A stretch of DNA of 63,379 nt, filler included, from Sphacelaria rigidula (taxonomy: Eukaryota): the NCBI GenBank assembly GCA_964200075.2. It is 11 parts of 11 records of this genome, joined end to end, with 100 filler letters (N's around TTAATTAATTAA, not from the genome) between each part and the next. Parts side by side here need not be neighbours in the genome. Positions count along the whole stretch, not along the records: positions 46,169 to 51,839 come from CAXNAA020025401.1; positions 51,940 to 57,609 come from CAXNAA020025402.1; positions 57,710 to 63,379 come from CAXNAA020025403.1; 8 more parts are not named here. One strand, 5' to 3'. The translations under genes were made by a program, and so were the position numbers. Below the pieces are notes generated by a model. The model saw only the letters and a list, made by a program, of their open reading frames with translations. It made no database searches and was not told where the DNA came from. How positions within the stretch are numbered: the stretch's first letter is position 1; every line of letters starts with the position of its first letter. Positions 49,201 through 61,645 of this stretch are shown piece by piece.

Positions 49201-49440
49201 AAGCGTGCAAGCTCCACCCAAGCTGCTCTCTCCCACCCAAAATGCAATGACAAAATACACTGAACATGAATAAACCGGGAAGGCAAGACCATACGCTGGG
49301 TTCCCTCATATGTCATACGCCCAGACATAACACAATCCGACAATCCGATAAACCTATAACCCGATGCTGCACACGATATCGGGTACCCATGATACATCAT
49401 TAATCTGCACCGCATGTCCCCGAATCAATCAACGTACACA
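46300..49440 (-). mobile_element. Ty1/copia element 5' part (putative LTR, gag, protease), decayed
   Basis: Gag-like SPRESWDYF...LQMSPGESP...RRLSSEYE (47798-48289), a Gln/Pro-rich linker, and protease EWIPDTRASHH...LGDGTVL...GSLNL...LTNVYVL..IEFNLFSL. Possible LTR ~49163-49440 ending ...TAATACA followed by AGAGGTTATC (PBS-like; LTR limits uncertain). Confidence 0.8.
48842..49045. repeat. 74-bp tandem repeat (~2.7 copies) in the copia leader
   Basis: TGACTTCCTCTCGTTG.CTCAAGCG starts at 48842, 48916 and 48990. Confidence 0.9.
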
Positions 49441-49472
49441 TGCACCAGTGTTTAGCTCGGCAATATTCAATT

Positions 49473-49650
49473 AGGATGCAGCTCACCCTTCATGCAATTC
49501 GCCGAACAAACCACGGCACTTCGCGCTTGGTGAGTGATTGCGAGCCTGGTCCGGCGGAAACCCGGCGTGATCCGCCCCGACTTCGTAGGGATGCGACGTA
49601 AACAGCCATATGGCTATGGCATGCAAGATGATGAGCGCACACCCCCTCCC
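49473..49650 (+). mobile_element. 3' part of the 694-1258 retroposon family
   Basis: GGATGCAGCTCA.CCTTCATGC...GGTCCGGCGGAAA...GTAGGGATGCGA...ATGAGCGCAC followed by a C-run. Confidence 0.8.
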
Positions 49651-49859
49651 AGGGGAAAAATTCAATTTGTGGTGCTCAGAACTTGAAATCGTGATAACTT
49701 CCTTCTTGCATCTGTTCCTTACTGTGTGCCCTCTGATTCCCTTGCGTGACATCAACTACCTTAAGGTGATGGTACCCGTGGATCAAAATATCCGATTCCA
49801 CCCCCCGAGGGGGAATCTTAACTTATAGGCCAATTAGAAGCACGTGAAGGATCGAGTGT

Positions 49860-50870
49860 GGCGTGATGTCAGGTTGCAGATACAGACTCGTCGCTTCCCC
49901 CCCCACTGCCACCAGACTGGAGATGCTTGTGTCTTGGTAAGCTAGCTCATCCACGATGCTAACCGACAAGTGAGACAGAGTAACTTGATCTTCAAACTAG
50001 CCTGTGCTTCGTGTCAATGGTGATGCAACACACAGTCTACACAGCGCGTCATGCAGACAGTGCTGACCTCAAGGCTCAGTCTTGCAGCTTCGGAGTTCTA
50101 CCGTGTACTGGGAACCGAATTGAATTCCGTGGGTGCAGCGTTCGACCCGGCCATGGGACACTATCACGGAAAGCGCGTTGATGGAGATGAGGCACGTATC
50201 CATACAGTGTGATAGTTTGTGAACGGTCTTCAATTGAGCGCCGAGTCTCAGGCCAGAGGGATGGATTCTTTGTCTTAAAACCAAGCCTTCCGTTCATCAC
50301 TCACGCATTTCTCAACAGTGGGTCGCTTCGTTTGTATGGTCACTTTTCCCCTATCCTATCGTACACTACTACTACATCTGGCTAGCTAGTCTTAGCAAAA
50401 AACTCAACCTCAATCTTCTCGCACCAAGCCTTCAAGACCGCACGACTTGTACGTGCGTGAAGCGTGGGGAATCATCACGACCATTCCCGTTTACTACCGG
50501 ACCATGTTCAAGTGCTGCTACACTTGACCTGCGGTATCCAACAAGATCTCCTGCATGCAACCGCGAGGAAGCAAAAACGATGTTCATGGCATTCGCGAGC
50601 AATCGTGACACACCATTCTGTTTGTCTTCCAACTTAGTAGCGTTGTGGTTTTGTACTAGCACGAAAAACCCTGCAATGTACGAAGATCCTAAAAGCATCA
50701 CAGTAAAAAGTGAAACAACCACCATGCCCCGCTCATCAGGACTTAAGTATAACTGGTCGGGTCGGAACAGCTTACAGATATGTGGCAACCTCTATTGAAC
50801 GCATACGAACTCACCCGAACCTCTCAAATTCTCGGGCATAAACTGATGGCCACCATCAATCTGATTAAAG
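49860..50870 (-). pseudogene. Possible highly decayed DNA transposase (piggyBac-like?)
   Basis: Scattered remnants only (GEFVCVQ, WKTNR, Cys-rich tail CVDC...RRVCIC...TCF) across broken frames. Confidence 0.25.
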
Positions 50871-50877
50871 CAGCAAA

Positions 50878-51303
50878 CACGGGTTTCACGAATTGGGCAT
50901 AGATTTTTTATCGGGGATGAGAACCCGGAGAACTAGAATCTTCGCACCCACACCAAATCTTCGAAATATGGTTCAACTTCTTCACCTGCTTGTAGCTATT
51001 GACGACTGCTACACGTCATACCAACATGGAGTTCGATCATCGAAATGTTGGGGTTCTAGGTAAAAAAACAATTCTTGGGTCCGACCGGATCACCTAAACT
51101 CCCCAAAATTGGTTTCTCACCTAGGACCCTAACATTTCGGTTATTGAAATCGAAATTTTTGTGGCGTATAATAGTTGTCAAACGCTACCAGCACGTGAAG
51201 AAATGATAGCATATTTCGAAGATTTGGTGTGGATACGAAGATTTTAGTTCTCCGGGTTTTCATTCCCAATAAAAAATCCATTCCCAATTTGTGAAATCCT
51301 GTG
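50878..51303. mobile_element. Long-TIR MITE, copy 3
   Basis: CACGGGTTTCACGAATTGGG...CCCAATTTGTGAAATCCTGTG with the same internal arms as copies 1 and 2. Confidence 0.9.
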
Positions 51304-51715
51304 CTAGCGATGCTTCTGATGGAGCTGTACACTGAATCCACATTTCATTTTCTCGGGACCGAGATAAGGACCAAACTAATCACCACAGGAATAAAAATGA
51401 GCGCACTACACTGCGACCAACCAACCAGCAGAGCAAGCCCCTAAGCCAAGAGATACGCGATCAACCGCTACCAAGTCCTTGAACTTCCTCTGGTGACTAA
51501 TGAGGCGCACACTGTCGCATACTGCACGTCTGGAGTTCACGTCTGTGTGTTTTCACGTCGAACTTGATTTTTCTATAACATATTTGATCTCGTTCCTACC
51601 GTGGTGCACACTTACCATGTATGTGGGTTCTAATTTCATCAACAAATAATATGGATATTCTTCACCACATATGCGCAGAGTAGTGAAGTACCCACCGTCT
51701 CCGATCCCCCCCCCA

Positions 51716-51785
51716 TACTCCGTCTTGAAAGGGATGCGTGGTCAATGGTCACACGACTAAGGCCAGCAACAAATGAGTACGGCAC
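51716..51785 (+). mobile_element. Very short LINE 3'-tail insertion between two C-runs
   Basis: CCCCCCCCC-ATA-CTCCGTCTTGAAAGGGATGCGTGGTCAATGGTCACACGACTAAGGCCAGCAACAAATGAGTAC-GGCA-C-run. Confidence 0.75.
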
Positions 51786-52599
51786 CCCCACCCCCCCCCC
51801 CCCCCCCCCCACAAACAACACCCCCGACCCAACAGCCAANNNNNNNNNNNNNNNNNNNNNNNNNNNNNNNNNNNNNNNNNNNNTTAATTAATTAANNNNN
51901 NNNNNNNNNNNNNNNNNNNNNNNNNNNNNNNNNNNNNNNAAAGTGCATGTTTTTTGCCGTATAGTTCACATTACTGGCGGTTGTTTCCATTAACTGACGC
52001 GGTTCACGAGACCCTGAGGCAGACGCGCGTGGTTTTTGCTTCCGTTTGGTTGGCCGAGCTCTCACGGGGTGTATGATGCTTGGGCGGTATCTATAACGAG
52101 CAGGTGTCGTGATGCTTATTTTGTGCATTGAAGTAAGTGCCAGGAAGAATCCGCACGTGTGGCGCGGCGCGCAGTTTCCAATGTTCGCACACGGCAACAG
52201 ATCGTACCAAAAGTTATATTTTTTTGTAAGGTTTCTGTATGCACAGTGATGAAGGGGCTGCTATCCGTGCCATGTGAACTTTTTTGGTGTAGTAGAGGGA
52301 GCACACAATTGGAGCTTGCTGGTGAACACTGGGTGTTTAGCGCGGTATAACGCACGTACTCACTAGAGTGTTTACCCTTTGAGAACCCTCCCGTCCCGTC
52401 CCTGGTCCAGACGCCTCATTATTCGGAGCGCTGACAGAGAAGGAAAGATGGGAAAAGAAAATACCGACAACGTGTAATATGGAAAGGCTCCACACACCTT
52501 CCACACACCTTCCCAGATGGGTGTTTATCAATGTGCTGCAAGCTTGGTGAAATGCACAAGGTGCAATGATGTGTCCGAGCAGAACAACCTGCAGATATG

Positions 52600-55500
52600 T
52601 GTTTCACACACACAGGTTCACGTGACTGTTGGTCAACAGCAGCAAACAAACAAATGAGCTCGAAGGCTTGGTATCTTGTTATTCTCGCTTATTATTCTCT
52701 TGCTCGCCTAGCGTACTGTTCTCACCGAAGGTAAACAGTAGGTGCAGATGGTCCAGCTCAGAGAGTGATCGAGGGTGTAGGTAACACAACCTCTCTGACC
52801 TAGGCCCGAGAAGGCGTTCCTCCTTCTCGGGGCTAGGGTGCACAAGTCTGCATGCCAACCTTCCCCAAAACTATGGGAGTATTCCCATGAACAGATCGAA
52901 TGATCTGTAAGTCAACCTGCTCCAAAACTGTCTGAAGGAACAAATAACGCCTCTCTATATTTCTTCCTCATGACACGCACCCACCCAGACGAACCTCTAT
53001 TTGAGTTGCGATGAAATCTCAAGAGCAACTAAAATTGAGGCTTGTCTCCCCCATCATGTTACGAGGAGACAACGCGAAAAAAAAAAAACAAGAGGGCAAT
53101 GACCAGCCCGTGCCCGATCCTCCCACACCTCAAACGAAAAAAACCAAAGGTACCTCAAAAAGCGCAATAACGCAATTGCGGTTGACTGCGTAGTAGCACA
53201 CAATGCTGCTGCGAGCTAGCGAACAGACGGAAAAAGCACACAACGCTTTGACGCGCTAGCTAGATAAAAAGCAAAGGAAAACCTTGCAAAGGACACAGTG
53301 GCAATCTCAGCAGGGAAACAGAAACTCAAGGAATCGAATAGGGTTGAGTGCCAGCCGAACAAAGTGGTGGCAGCGTAGAGGCCAATGGAAGGGGGCGAAG
53401 GGGATCCAAATAAGGGCGTCGAAGGGGTCGATGAGGGCAGAGATGACCCGTGGTAGGAGAGCCATAGTAGGTGGAGCAGTGAAGAGGAGAGCGTACCTGA
53501 GTGGGGACAAGGGAAGTACCAGAACCAAACCGGGAGGGGACAGAAAACCCGCGATAAAGGGAGTGCAAAAAGATAGGACTCAAGATGGTGCATTGATATC
53601 GTGTGTACGATCGATATTGCGCTGAAGGCCTCGGCGTAGATCGTGTGACTTGAAGCGTTGTAGGCACCAGGAACCGCGGCGTGCCGAGGGGCTAGTCGTG
53701 TATAAATCGGGGCGAAGCTTGAGCTGAACGGGCCCAGGGTCGTCGAGGAAACGCACGGTGTACGTGTCGGCCGCGAGGGCATCGACGGAGTGGATCTGAC
53801 CTAGCCACCAGAGGTAATCTCTGCCTTTATATCACAAATGGCCACCTTTAGGGAGCGGTTATTGTTTTGTGCAGATCTTTTCGTCCCATTGCTTGGTGGG
53901 TACGAGTTCGTGACCATCGGCTACAAACCGTAATCCTTGTTGCGGTGGAGTTCGCGGGCTGCAGCACCGCGTCTCATGTTGCGATATCCCTTGTTGTCAG
54001 CGAGCTGTTGCTGTGGGGATTGCGTCAAATAAAGAAGGATAGCACGACGGTGCCGTTGAAGGTCGGACTCGCGTTCCCAAGACGCACGCCGAAGACCTTG
54101 CCAGCGTGTCTTGTACATAACAGCAATTTTGCCGCCAGGACCTCGAGTAATTTGGTGGCCGGAAATGTGGGACACGGCCAAGCGGAGAGGCTGTTCAGTC
54201 ACATCATCGGTGGTAACGTGGTACGATGGAGATTTTGTTGAGTAGCTGTTGAGCATGTATTGAGTGAGACCTGCAGGCAGGTATTGAGGCATGTCAATAG
54301 TGTCATGCGGGTTCGTGCAAGGCTTGCAACGATGCACAGAGACGCGAGATTTAGCGTCATGTCCCTGGAGGTCACAAGGTGAATCCAGGTAGAGGAGTTA
54401 GTCACCAACAGGCTTGCCGTCAGGAGACGTTGGCGAGGGCCCTACTATGAGAGTCTTGAACGGACCCGTCCATTTAAGGGACAGTTTCGTCTTCAAGACT
54501 GTTGCATGGGCAGTGCGGTCCGCGCCTTGACGGATGGTGGACAAACTGTTGTGGATCCAGACCCAATCGCCGATTTTCCAAGAAGGGCGTTTGTGCATCA
54601 AGTTGTAGAGGGCGGTATTAGATCTTTCAAGGCGTGAAGCGTTGATAGCGTGTTGTTCGCGCACCAAAGTGAAAGCCTTGCGCTGACGAGCCCTGGCGAG
54701 GTCGTGGTAGGACAGCTGATCCTGTTCCAGATCTTGGTGACCATCGAAGGTATATCTTTCGAAAACGGTGATGGGCAGGCGGGGGTAGCGTCCAAGATGC
54801 AGATCTTTGGGCGAGAGGCCTGTAGCCGCGTTGACCGAATTGTTGTAAGACAGCATGATATGCGAAAGATGAAGGTCCCAGTCATTCTGGCGGTCGTTTA
54901 CGACCATGGATAGCATTTGAGCCATAGTGTGGTCACACGTTCAGTTCCACCGTTAACGTTAGGGTGGTAAGCGCTCGTGGCAATTTTACGAATGTCGAGG
55001 AGCTTGTACAAAGCATCCGAGAGTTCGGAGCAAAATGGTTGATCATTGTCGGAGAGGAGCCGTTTCGGGCAGCCATAGTGCTTAATGCAGTCATGGACGA
55101 GAATGTCCGCTGTGCCGGCAGCAGTGAAATCGCTGGCAGTAACAGCGTACATAGACGCGTGACGGCTGAAGCGATCGGTGAAAAGCAGAATGTAGGTATT
55201 ACCACGGTCAGTGGTGGGTACAGGGCCGAAGTAGTCAAACGATACGAAGTGACCAGAAGCATGTGGAAGTTCCATGGAAATCACCGGCCATCGTATAGTC
55301 TGTCGAGAGGTTTTGCGAGCCTGACATTTGAAACATCGTCGGACCCAAAAACGCGTGGATGCTTCCATGCCGATCCATCAACAAAAACGTTCAAGGAGTG
55401 CTAACGTGCGCGTGACGCCAAAGTGACGAGACAAATCAGAGTGACAGCCCTTCATGATCCACGGACGCATCATGATAGGGACATAGATGCGGATAGAGGC

Positions 55501-57546
55501 GTCATGACGCATATGTGCTGGAGTGGCAGTTGTTACTGCGGCAGTCGTGCCCAAATGGGAGTTGGATCGGCCAAGAAGCAAATGGACGTCGTCGTCAGTC
55601 GTGAAAATAGTACCTTTGCGTGCAAGCTCGAGCACTTCAGAGAAGGTGGGGGCGGGTAGAGTGCCCACGGGGGTCAAGATCTCAGCCGGGAAAGGGGTGG
55701 GGCAGTTAAACCGTAAGTACCGCATTGTCGCGCGACAGGGCAGTTCCTGGTTGGTCGCGAGCCCAATCGCGGTGAGAGTAGCTAGCGAGAAATTCTCGAA
55801 GTTGTCCCTCAGCCGGAGAGCGAACCAAACATGGTGGCTCAGGAGGGGGTGGCACAGGTGAGGAAGCAGGGGTACCGACGTCAACATCTTGATCCGGAAG
55901 CGGATCTGACGCATGCGTAGCGCGAGTCAGAGGCGCAGGTGCAGGGAAATTCCCAGGAGGCGGCGTGGGGGTAGCGCGAACTGGTGAACGTGATCGGCGC
56001 GCGTGGGGTGCACAAGGGGCGCGTACTTTGTCGGTACAACACTGGGCACGCGGCCGGTTGTGGTAGGTGTTGTACGGCTCGTGGGGGCACGAGGCGGCGG
56101 CGACGCATTGCTAGAAGCGGCCGACGGCGGCGGTGGTATCACGGCACGCGAAGAATTTGCACGAGCCGCCGACCGAGAACGCGTGTTGTCGGAGATGAGG
56201 TGAACAGTTGGTGGTGACGGCGCCGAGATGTTCGCGCGAGGGCCGAAAGTGCGGAAGTCGGCAAAATCAGCAGCTGTGGGCGCAAAGCCATCCAAAACTG
56301 CATCAGGGGGCAGAGGGCGGGGGCCCCCCATGTGCAGACCTGTTCCAGGGTATTGCAGGTCAAGCGCGTAGATGGGCGTAGGAAAACACCGAATGGGGTA
56401 GACGCCTGGTTCATGAGGTTCAGTCAAGCGGCAAGCGGGACTGAAATCTACCGCTGTAGGGGGCAGACGCAATCGCGAAAGAAGGTCAGCATTGCCGTTG
56501 ATTTTGCCCGGACGGTGTTCAACAGTGTACTGATAAGCAGTCAGGAACTCCAGCCACCGTTGTACGCAGGGGTTATGTTCTCCAACCTTAGCGAGTTGTT
56601 CAAGAGCTCCGTGATCTGCATAGATGTGAAAAGGCATGTGGAAAAAGGACTGTCGAAGCCGTTTAGTAGCCCAAGTTATGACTCCGCCTTCGAGTTCGAG
56701 TGAACTCCAGTTTGCCTCGTTCGGGAGGGTTGTGCGGCTGATGTACAAAATAGGTCGGACAGAGTTATCCAGTTGGGGCTGATTCAAAACTGCGCCGAAC
56801 CCATCTGTGCTAGCATCGGTGTGTAGTTGGAAAATACGTGAGCAGTCTTGTACCGCACCCCAATCCAGAAAACAAAGAACCGGTTTTTCGGGCAGTGTTT
56901 TGAGCAATTCGCGGACGGTAGCTTCCATTTCTTTAGTGAAGACAAACGGGACGTTTTTTTTCAATAAGTCGGTGATGGAGCGGATCCGCGTGGACAAGTT
57001 GGGCGAAAAATTGCGATAATAAGAAAGTCCGCCCAACAGCGAGCGAAGCTGCGAAATACTGGTGGGCATGGGCATATCAGTCATAGCCTTGACTTTGTTG
57101 GTGTCTGGGTGCAATCCAGCAGGAAAGACAGAGTGTCCCAAAAACTCCAATTCAGTCGCTCCGAGTCGAGCTTTAGATGGAGACAATTTCAAGTCGTGTG
57201 TACGCAAGCGGGAGAGGAATTCCCGTAGAGTGCAAACATGCGTCTTGGGAGAGGCATCAAAAGCGATAGCATCGTCTAGGTACATGATAACATCCTCGAG
57301 ACCGTCAGTAACGCGTTGCATGAGACGTTGAAAGCAGCCGGGTGCTGTGGCAGCGCCTTGTTGTGGCATACGAAGCCATTCATAAAGCCCTGAAGATGTA
57401 CAGAACGCAGTCAAATAAACTGTATCGGGTTGAATTGCATTTTGGAAAAATCCAGATGCCAGATCGAAAGTGCTGAATATTTTTCCTTCGCCGAGGGAGT
57501 CGAAGACTTCGTCGATGCGAGGTATGGGGAGTTTTCTCACGACAAA
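52600..57546 (-). mobile_element. Ty3/gypsy LTR retrotransposon (RT-RNase H-IN-chromo-like, putative 3' LTR), frameshifted
   Basis: RT LPIPRIDE, FDLASGFFQ and MYLDD. RNase H LHTDASTDGFGAVL and NADLLSR. Integrase CH...HFG, CFKCQ, FDYFGP, LLSDN and NGGTER. Chromo-like YKTRWQG...SWERESDL. A G-rich PPT-like tract precedes TGTCA at 52975, with a possible LTR to ~52600. Confidence 0.92.
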
Positions 57547-57609
57547 CAGTGTTTTCGTGAGATTGAGAGTAGATGATACGATTGAGAGTGGCTTTGATCA
57601 TTCGCTTTA
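57547..57609 (+). mobile_element. Terminus of the abundant hAT-like element interrupting gypsy RT
   Basis: The same CAGTGTTTTCGTGAGATTGAGAGTAG end abuts RT coding sequence and runs to the contig end. Confidence 0.7.
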
Positions 57610-57789
57610 NNNNNNNNNNNNNNNNNNNNNNNNNNNNNNNNNNNNNNNNNNNNTTAATTAATTAANNNNNNNNNNNNNNNNNNNNNNNNNNNNNNNNNNN
57701 NNNNNNNNNTAGAAATGCCATTTCAACCCCATATTTTGTATGAACCCCATTTTCTAGGATCCACTGTTATCGGCTGTTTTCTGCTGAAA

Positions 57790-58395
57790 CTGTCAAAACA
57801 ATTTTTCGAGACACGTAGGCCCCAAGATCGAATATTCCAGTTCTTGAAGGGGGGGGGGGGCACCCAGCCTGCTTTCCCCTAGTTTATTGCCGAGGCATTG
57901 GCGGATGCGATCAGCTGCCGTGTATGGAGATCCTTGGCGTAGAGACCGCTGAGATGACGGACACACCGCCCCTCGAAGCTCATCACATTGCATGATTACA
58001 TTCATCAGATCGTGTTCCGTGCCGTGTGCCTCGTACCCACCACTATTAGTTTGGGCAAATGTGGCGAGGCGTGAGATAATGTTGCAACTTTGACTACAGG
58101 CTGTCGCTACCGTGCGCTCGTGTATCTTACATGGATGTGTGTGAGCGTTGCCGGCATCCGAGGTCAGCGGGACAGGGCGGGGAAGGAGAAGAAGCAAATA
58201 GACGAACCTTGCAAAGCCTGCCAGACTCTCCGGTTTTGTTTGTCGATCATTTTTTCCCAACATTGTCTACAAAAATGAATAAAAATCACAAACAAAAATC
58301 ACAAACAAATAGTCTTAAAATCATGATAATGTCGAAAGATTGCCCGCCGGGAGGGGGGGGCTCAGTGTCCCAAATTTGTTTTCGACAGACCCCTG
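57790..58395. mobile_element. MITE, inverted copy of 27688-28275
   Basis: Shared GACCTCGGATG.CGGCAACGCTCACACACAT, CCGTCATCTCAGCGGTCT and TCGATCTTGGGGCCTACGTGTC blocks. Confidence 0.85.
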
Positions 58396-58439
58396 CTCGA
58401 TTTGCCATATTTCGGGTGACCGTAACCCGTGGGTGACTT

Positions 58440-60771
58440 GCTTTCGCGTCGGGTGAATATTCCGGCTTTGCCTGTGCGCGCTGTGGCTGCGTATGTTCGG
58501 TGTGGACCTCACGACTCGATGTCGTCCAAATCTGTTGCCCGCCAAGCGTAACGGAAAGGAGTTGGGGCTGAAGATGCAGATGTGCAATCTTTCGAGTCGG
58601 ACGTTGGTACTGCTATCCTGGACAATAAGGGTCTGTTTCGCGTGCATGTGCGTGGCCGGAACGTTTTGTGGATTCCGAGTTCTGACAAGGAGTTGTAGGT
58701 ACGTCCGATGATTTCGCCCACATGCGCGACGCCGGGCACCGTGGTGAGGCTGCAACGCTCGTGTGCTTACAAGAGTTTTGTGTTTGGCAGGGGGTAGAAA
58801 CTTATGTGCGCGAATTTGCCCGCCAGTGTCTCCCCTGTGCTGCCTCGAGGGCGGGCGATGTTGTTCCCCGCCCGCTCGGTGAAATGGTCCATGGGACCAT
58901 GCCGAATGAAGTCGTTCATTTTGACTTCTTGTGCGTGGGCGAGAGTGGCCCGCTAACTTCCCAAGGTTTGTCGGAGGATGCTGGGTATCAATGCATTTAG
59001 ATAATCATGGATGATTTGAGCAACTTCATGTCTCTGGAACCAGTAGCAATCTGTACTGCTAAATCGACTGCTGCATGTTTGCTAAATCGCTGCACAACTT
59101 TGGGGGTGCCGCGTATGTGGGTGAGTGATACCGCCACGCATTTCAAGAATGCAAGCTTGGCCCGATTACGAGAGGCTTTGCACGTCGACCACCAGTTTGC
59201 TGTGGCGTATTCTCCGTGGTCTAACGGCACGTGCGAACGCATGGTCAAGGAAGTAGGTCGTGCTTACCGCTCTATTCTTCTCGAGCAGCGTAGAGCGGTT
59301 TCCGAGCGGGTGGACGTGTTGCCTGCGGTGCAATGGGCACTCAATAAAGCCGTATCGCCGTCGGTACGATAGTACATCGTACCACGTGATGTTTGGTCGT
59401 GCTCCTTGGACGTCTTTCTCGGTGTTGGCGTCTTCATCGGCGGGGGAATGGAATTGTGATGTCTTGGATGATGGTCAAATTAAGAGTGCATTGCAAGGAG
59501 TCTTGGACTTGCAAGAACGTTTCCACGTTCAAGTACAGGAGCGTGTTGCCGCTGAGCGTGCGCGTAGACGTGAGGGGTCCTCGTCGGGGCTGGAACTGCC
59601 AAAATTTGAGGTAGGCGACTATGTCTTGCATGCACGCTCGGGTCGTCCGGGCGTTACGCACAAGTTGATGGCGACGTGGACTGGTCCGTGGAGAGGGGTG
59701 GTGCTCACCACCCGCACGTGTGTGAGATCCAGAACATTGTTTCGGGTCGTGTTCAGATCGCCCATGTAGCTCGTTTGCGTTTTATGCAGATCCGCAGCTT
59801 AATGTTACGGCTGGCATTAAGGACGTGTTCCAGCACGCTTTCAATCAGCGGCAATTTCAGATGGCTGGTATTGTCCGAATGGAAGAAGCAGACGGTCGTT
59901 CGTTGATCGTGTTGGTCGACTGGGTTGGTTTCGAAGTTGAAGAGCGTACGTGGAAGCCTTTCAAGGCTATTTTTGAGGCCGCTCCGGGAATTTCTCATGA
60001 AGGAGTTGCGTAAACTGTGCGTGACTCGTGCCGTTGCTGCTCGCATTACGAGTGGATTTGGTATTCAGTTGTGACTTGCTCATCGCTCTGGCGTTTTCTA
60101 TGTGTCAAGCTTGTTGCCCGAAATTTGTTCAACGCGCTGTGGGGGTGCTGTGACGAAATTGCGCCGTTACATTGAGTTGGTAGCGATGATCTGGATAATG
60201 ACCGGCGACACGGGGATGATACCCTGTCGGTCTATGAGGCTGTGGCTACCAGGGCACTCCGGGTAATGAAATGTTGTAAAGGCTGATAACTGAAACTGAG
60301 GCCAGTGAGACTTGGGAGTCCCTCAACAGCAGTGATCCAACAGTTCTTCTTCTGGCTGGCGTCATAGGGGGTAGCCAAATGGCCGCGTGTGAAAGAAGAA
60401 AAGATGGGGAAAAAAATATGGACAACAACCATTTGTTTCGGCAGAAGGCCACAGAAGAATCCGCCGACATACGTCGTGCTCGCACCAAAACTCGCACCAA
60501 AAATGTCCCCCCTGTGCGGTCGGATTAGTTTTATCGAATGAGGGGACGCAACGCGTCAAGCATGTTCAACTTTGTGCACACAGCAAAAATCAGCACCGCG
60601 GCCTCTGAATTTCATACAACAAAAATCAGCACCATCTTCATATTTTCTATATATTTAGTCCCGTGTGGCACTGCGGCACACATTTATATAAGTGACGCAC
60701 CCCACCGGAGTATTGTTGTGCTGTAGCCCCGAGGTCGTACCCGCCCAACAAGCGTGCTAAGGCACATCACA
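58440..60771 (+). mobile_element. Ty3/gypsy integrase-chromodomain remnant with putative 3' LTR (same lineage as 40573-44896)
   Basis: HMRDAGH...CLPC, HFDFLCVGESGPL, WVSDTATHF, WSNGTCERM, TWTGPW and VLVDWVGFE..RTW. GGGGGTGC precedes TGTGACG at 60149 (LTR start; the end near 60771 is uncertain). Confidence 0.88.
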
Positions 60772-61554
60772 GAAACAAAGTGTTATGGCCGAGCACATAG
60801 AACTCCCCTCACCACACGTGGAAGAATTTTTCCGGCCATTCGGCTAGCCCCTTAAAACCCTCGATCGCGATTTTCATCCTCTTGAGGGTAGAGTGACCCT
60901 CCCGAGGATAAAAAACACCCTCTAGAGGGTATTTTATACTCGGTTCCGGTCATAAAACGAATCCTGGAGGGCATCTGATGCTCCAGTGACTTCTGAGGTC
61001 TGAATCCCTCAGAGTACCAAAAATATGGTGCTCTGGAGCACGTGGTTTTCGTGAACGTCCCTTAGAGGGAAATATGAACAGCAGAGGGGAATATGAGGAT
61101 CATTCCTTTGGAGGAGGGACCGACTATGGCCTGTAAGGCATTTGCTGCGACTCCGGAGGACATAGCCGTGCAGTATCCTCCAGCGTGTACATTCACACTT
61201 GTGCACTTGTGTCCTACCTGCTCCCAGGGCACCTTTGGGACCCCAGCAATTTTGTGGTATGGAGCATCACGCCAGATATATATGTATCACCCGCCTTTCA
61301 CAGATTGAACCATGCGAACCCGACAACACTTATTCCCAGCCACCACAACTCTGCAGCAAAGAGCACGCGAGTTGGGCACAGGGATATAGATACACACTGC
61401 CGTAGTTGGGTATGATATATGTCTTGTTGGTGGAAATTTAAACTTGAGCATCTTCTTCCATGGTCGCGGAGTCGTGCGGTGCCGGAGCCATGCGGGGTAA
61501 GGTGCGGGCAATAACCGGCAGCTCATCGCATACACAGTCATGGACAGTGCAGGC

Positions 61555-61645
61555 TGTGACGGTTTAAGAAACAACCAACTAGTCTACGGACAAGTCAGCG
61601 CTGACTTGGTCAGTTGTCTAGTTGGTTGTCTCTTGAACCGTCACA
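61555..61645. mobile_element. 91-bp hairpin mini-element with TGT...ACA ends and 4-bp TSD (Ginger-like MITE)
   Basis: 28-bp TIRs TGTGACGGTTTAAGAAACAACCAACTAG / CTAGTTGGTTGTCTCTTGAACCGTCACA (2 mismatches), central palindrome CAAGTCAGCGCTGACTTG, and AGGC on both flanks. Confidence 0.75.

Noticed and set aside
40398..60771. A cluster of retroelements forming one island or composite system
   Set aside because: The elements lie on four unrelated contigs separated by artificial linkers.
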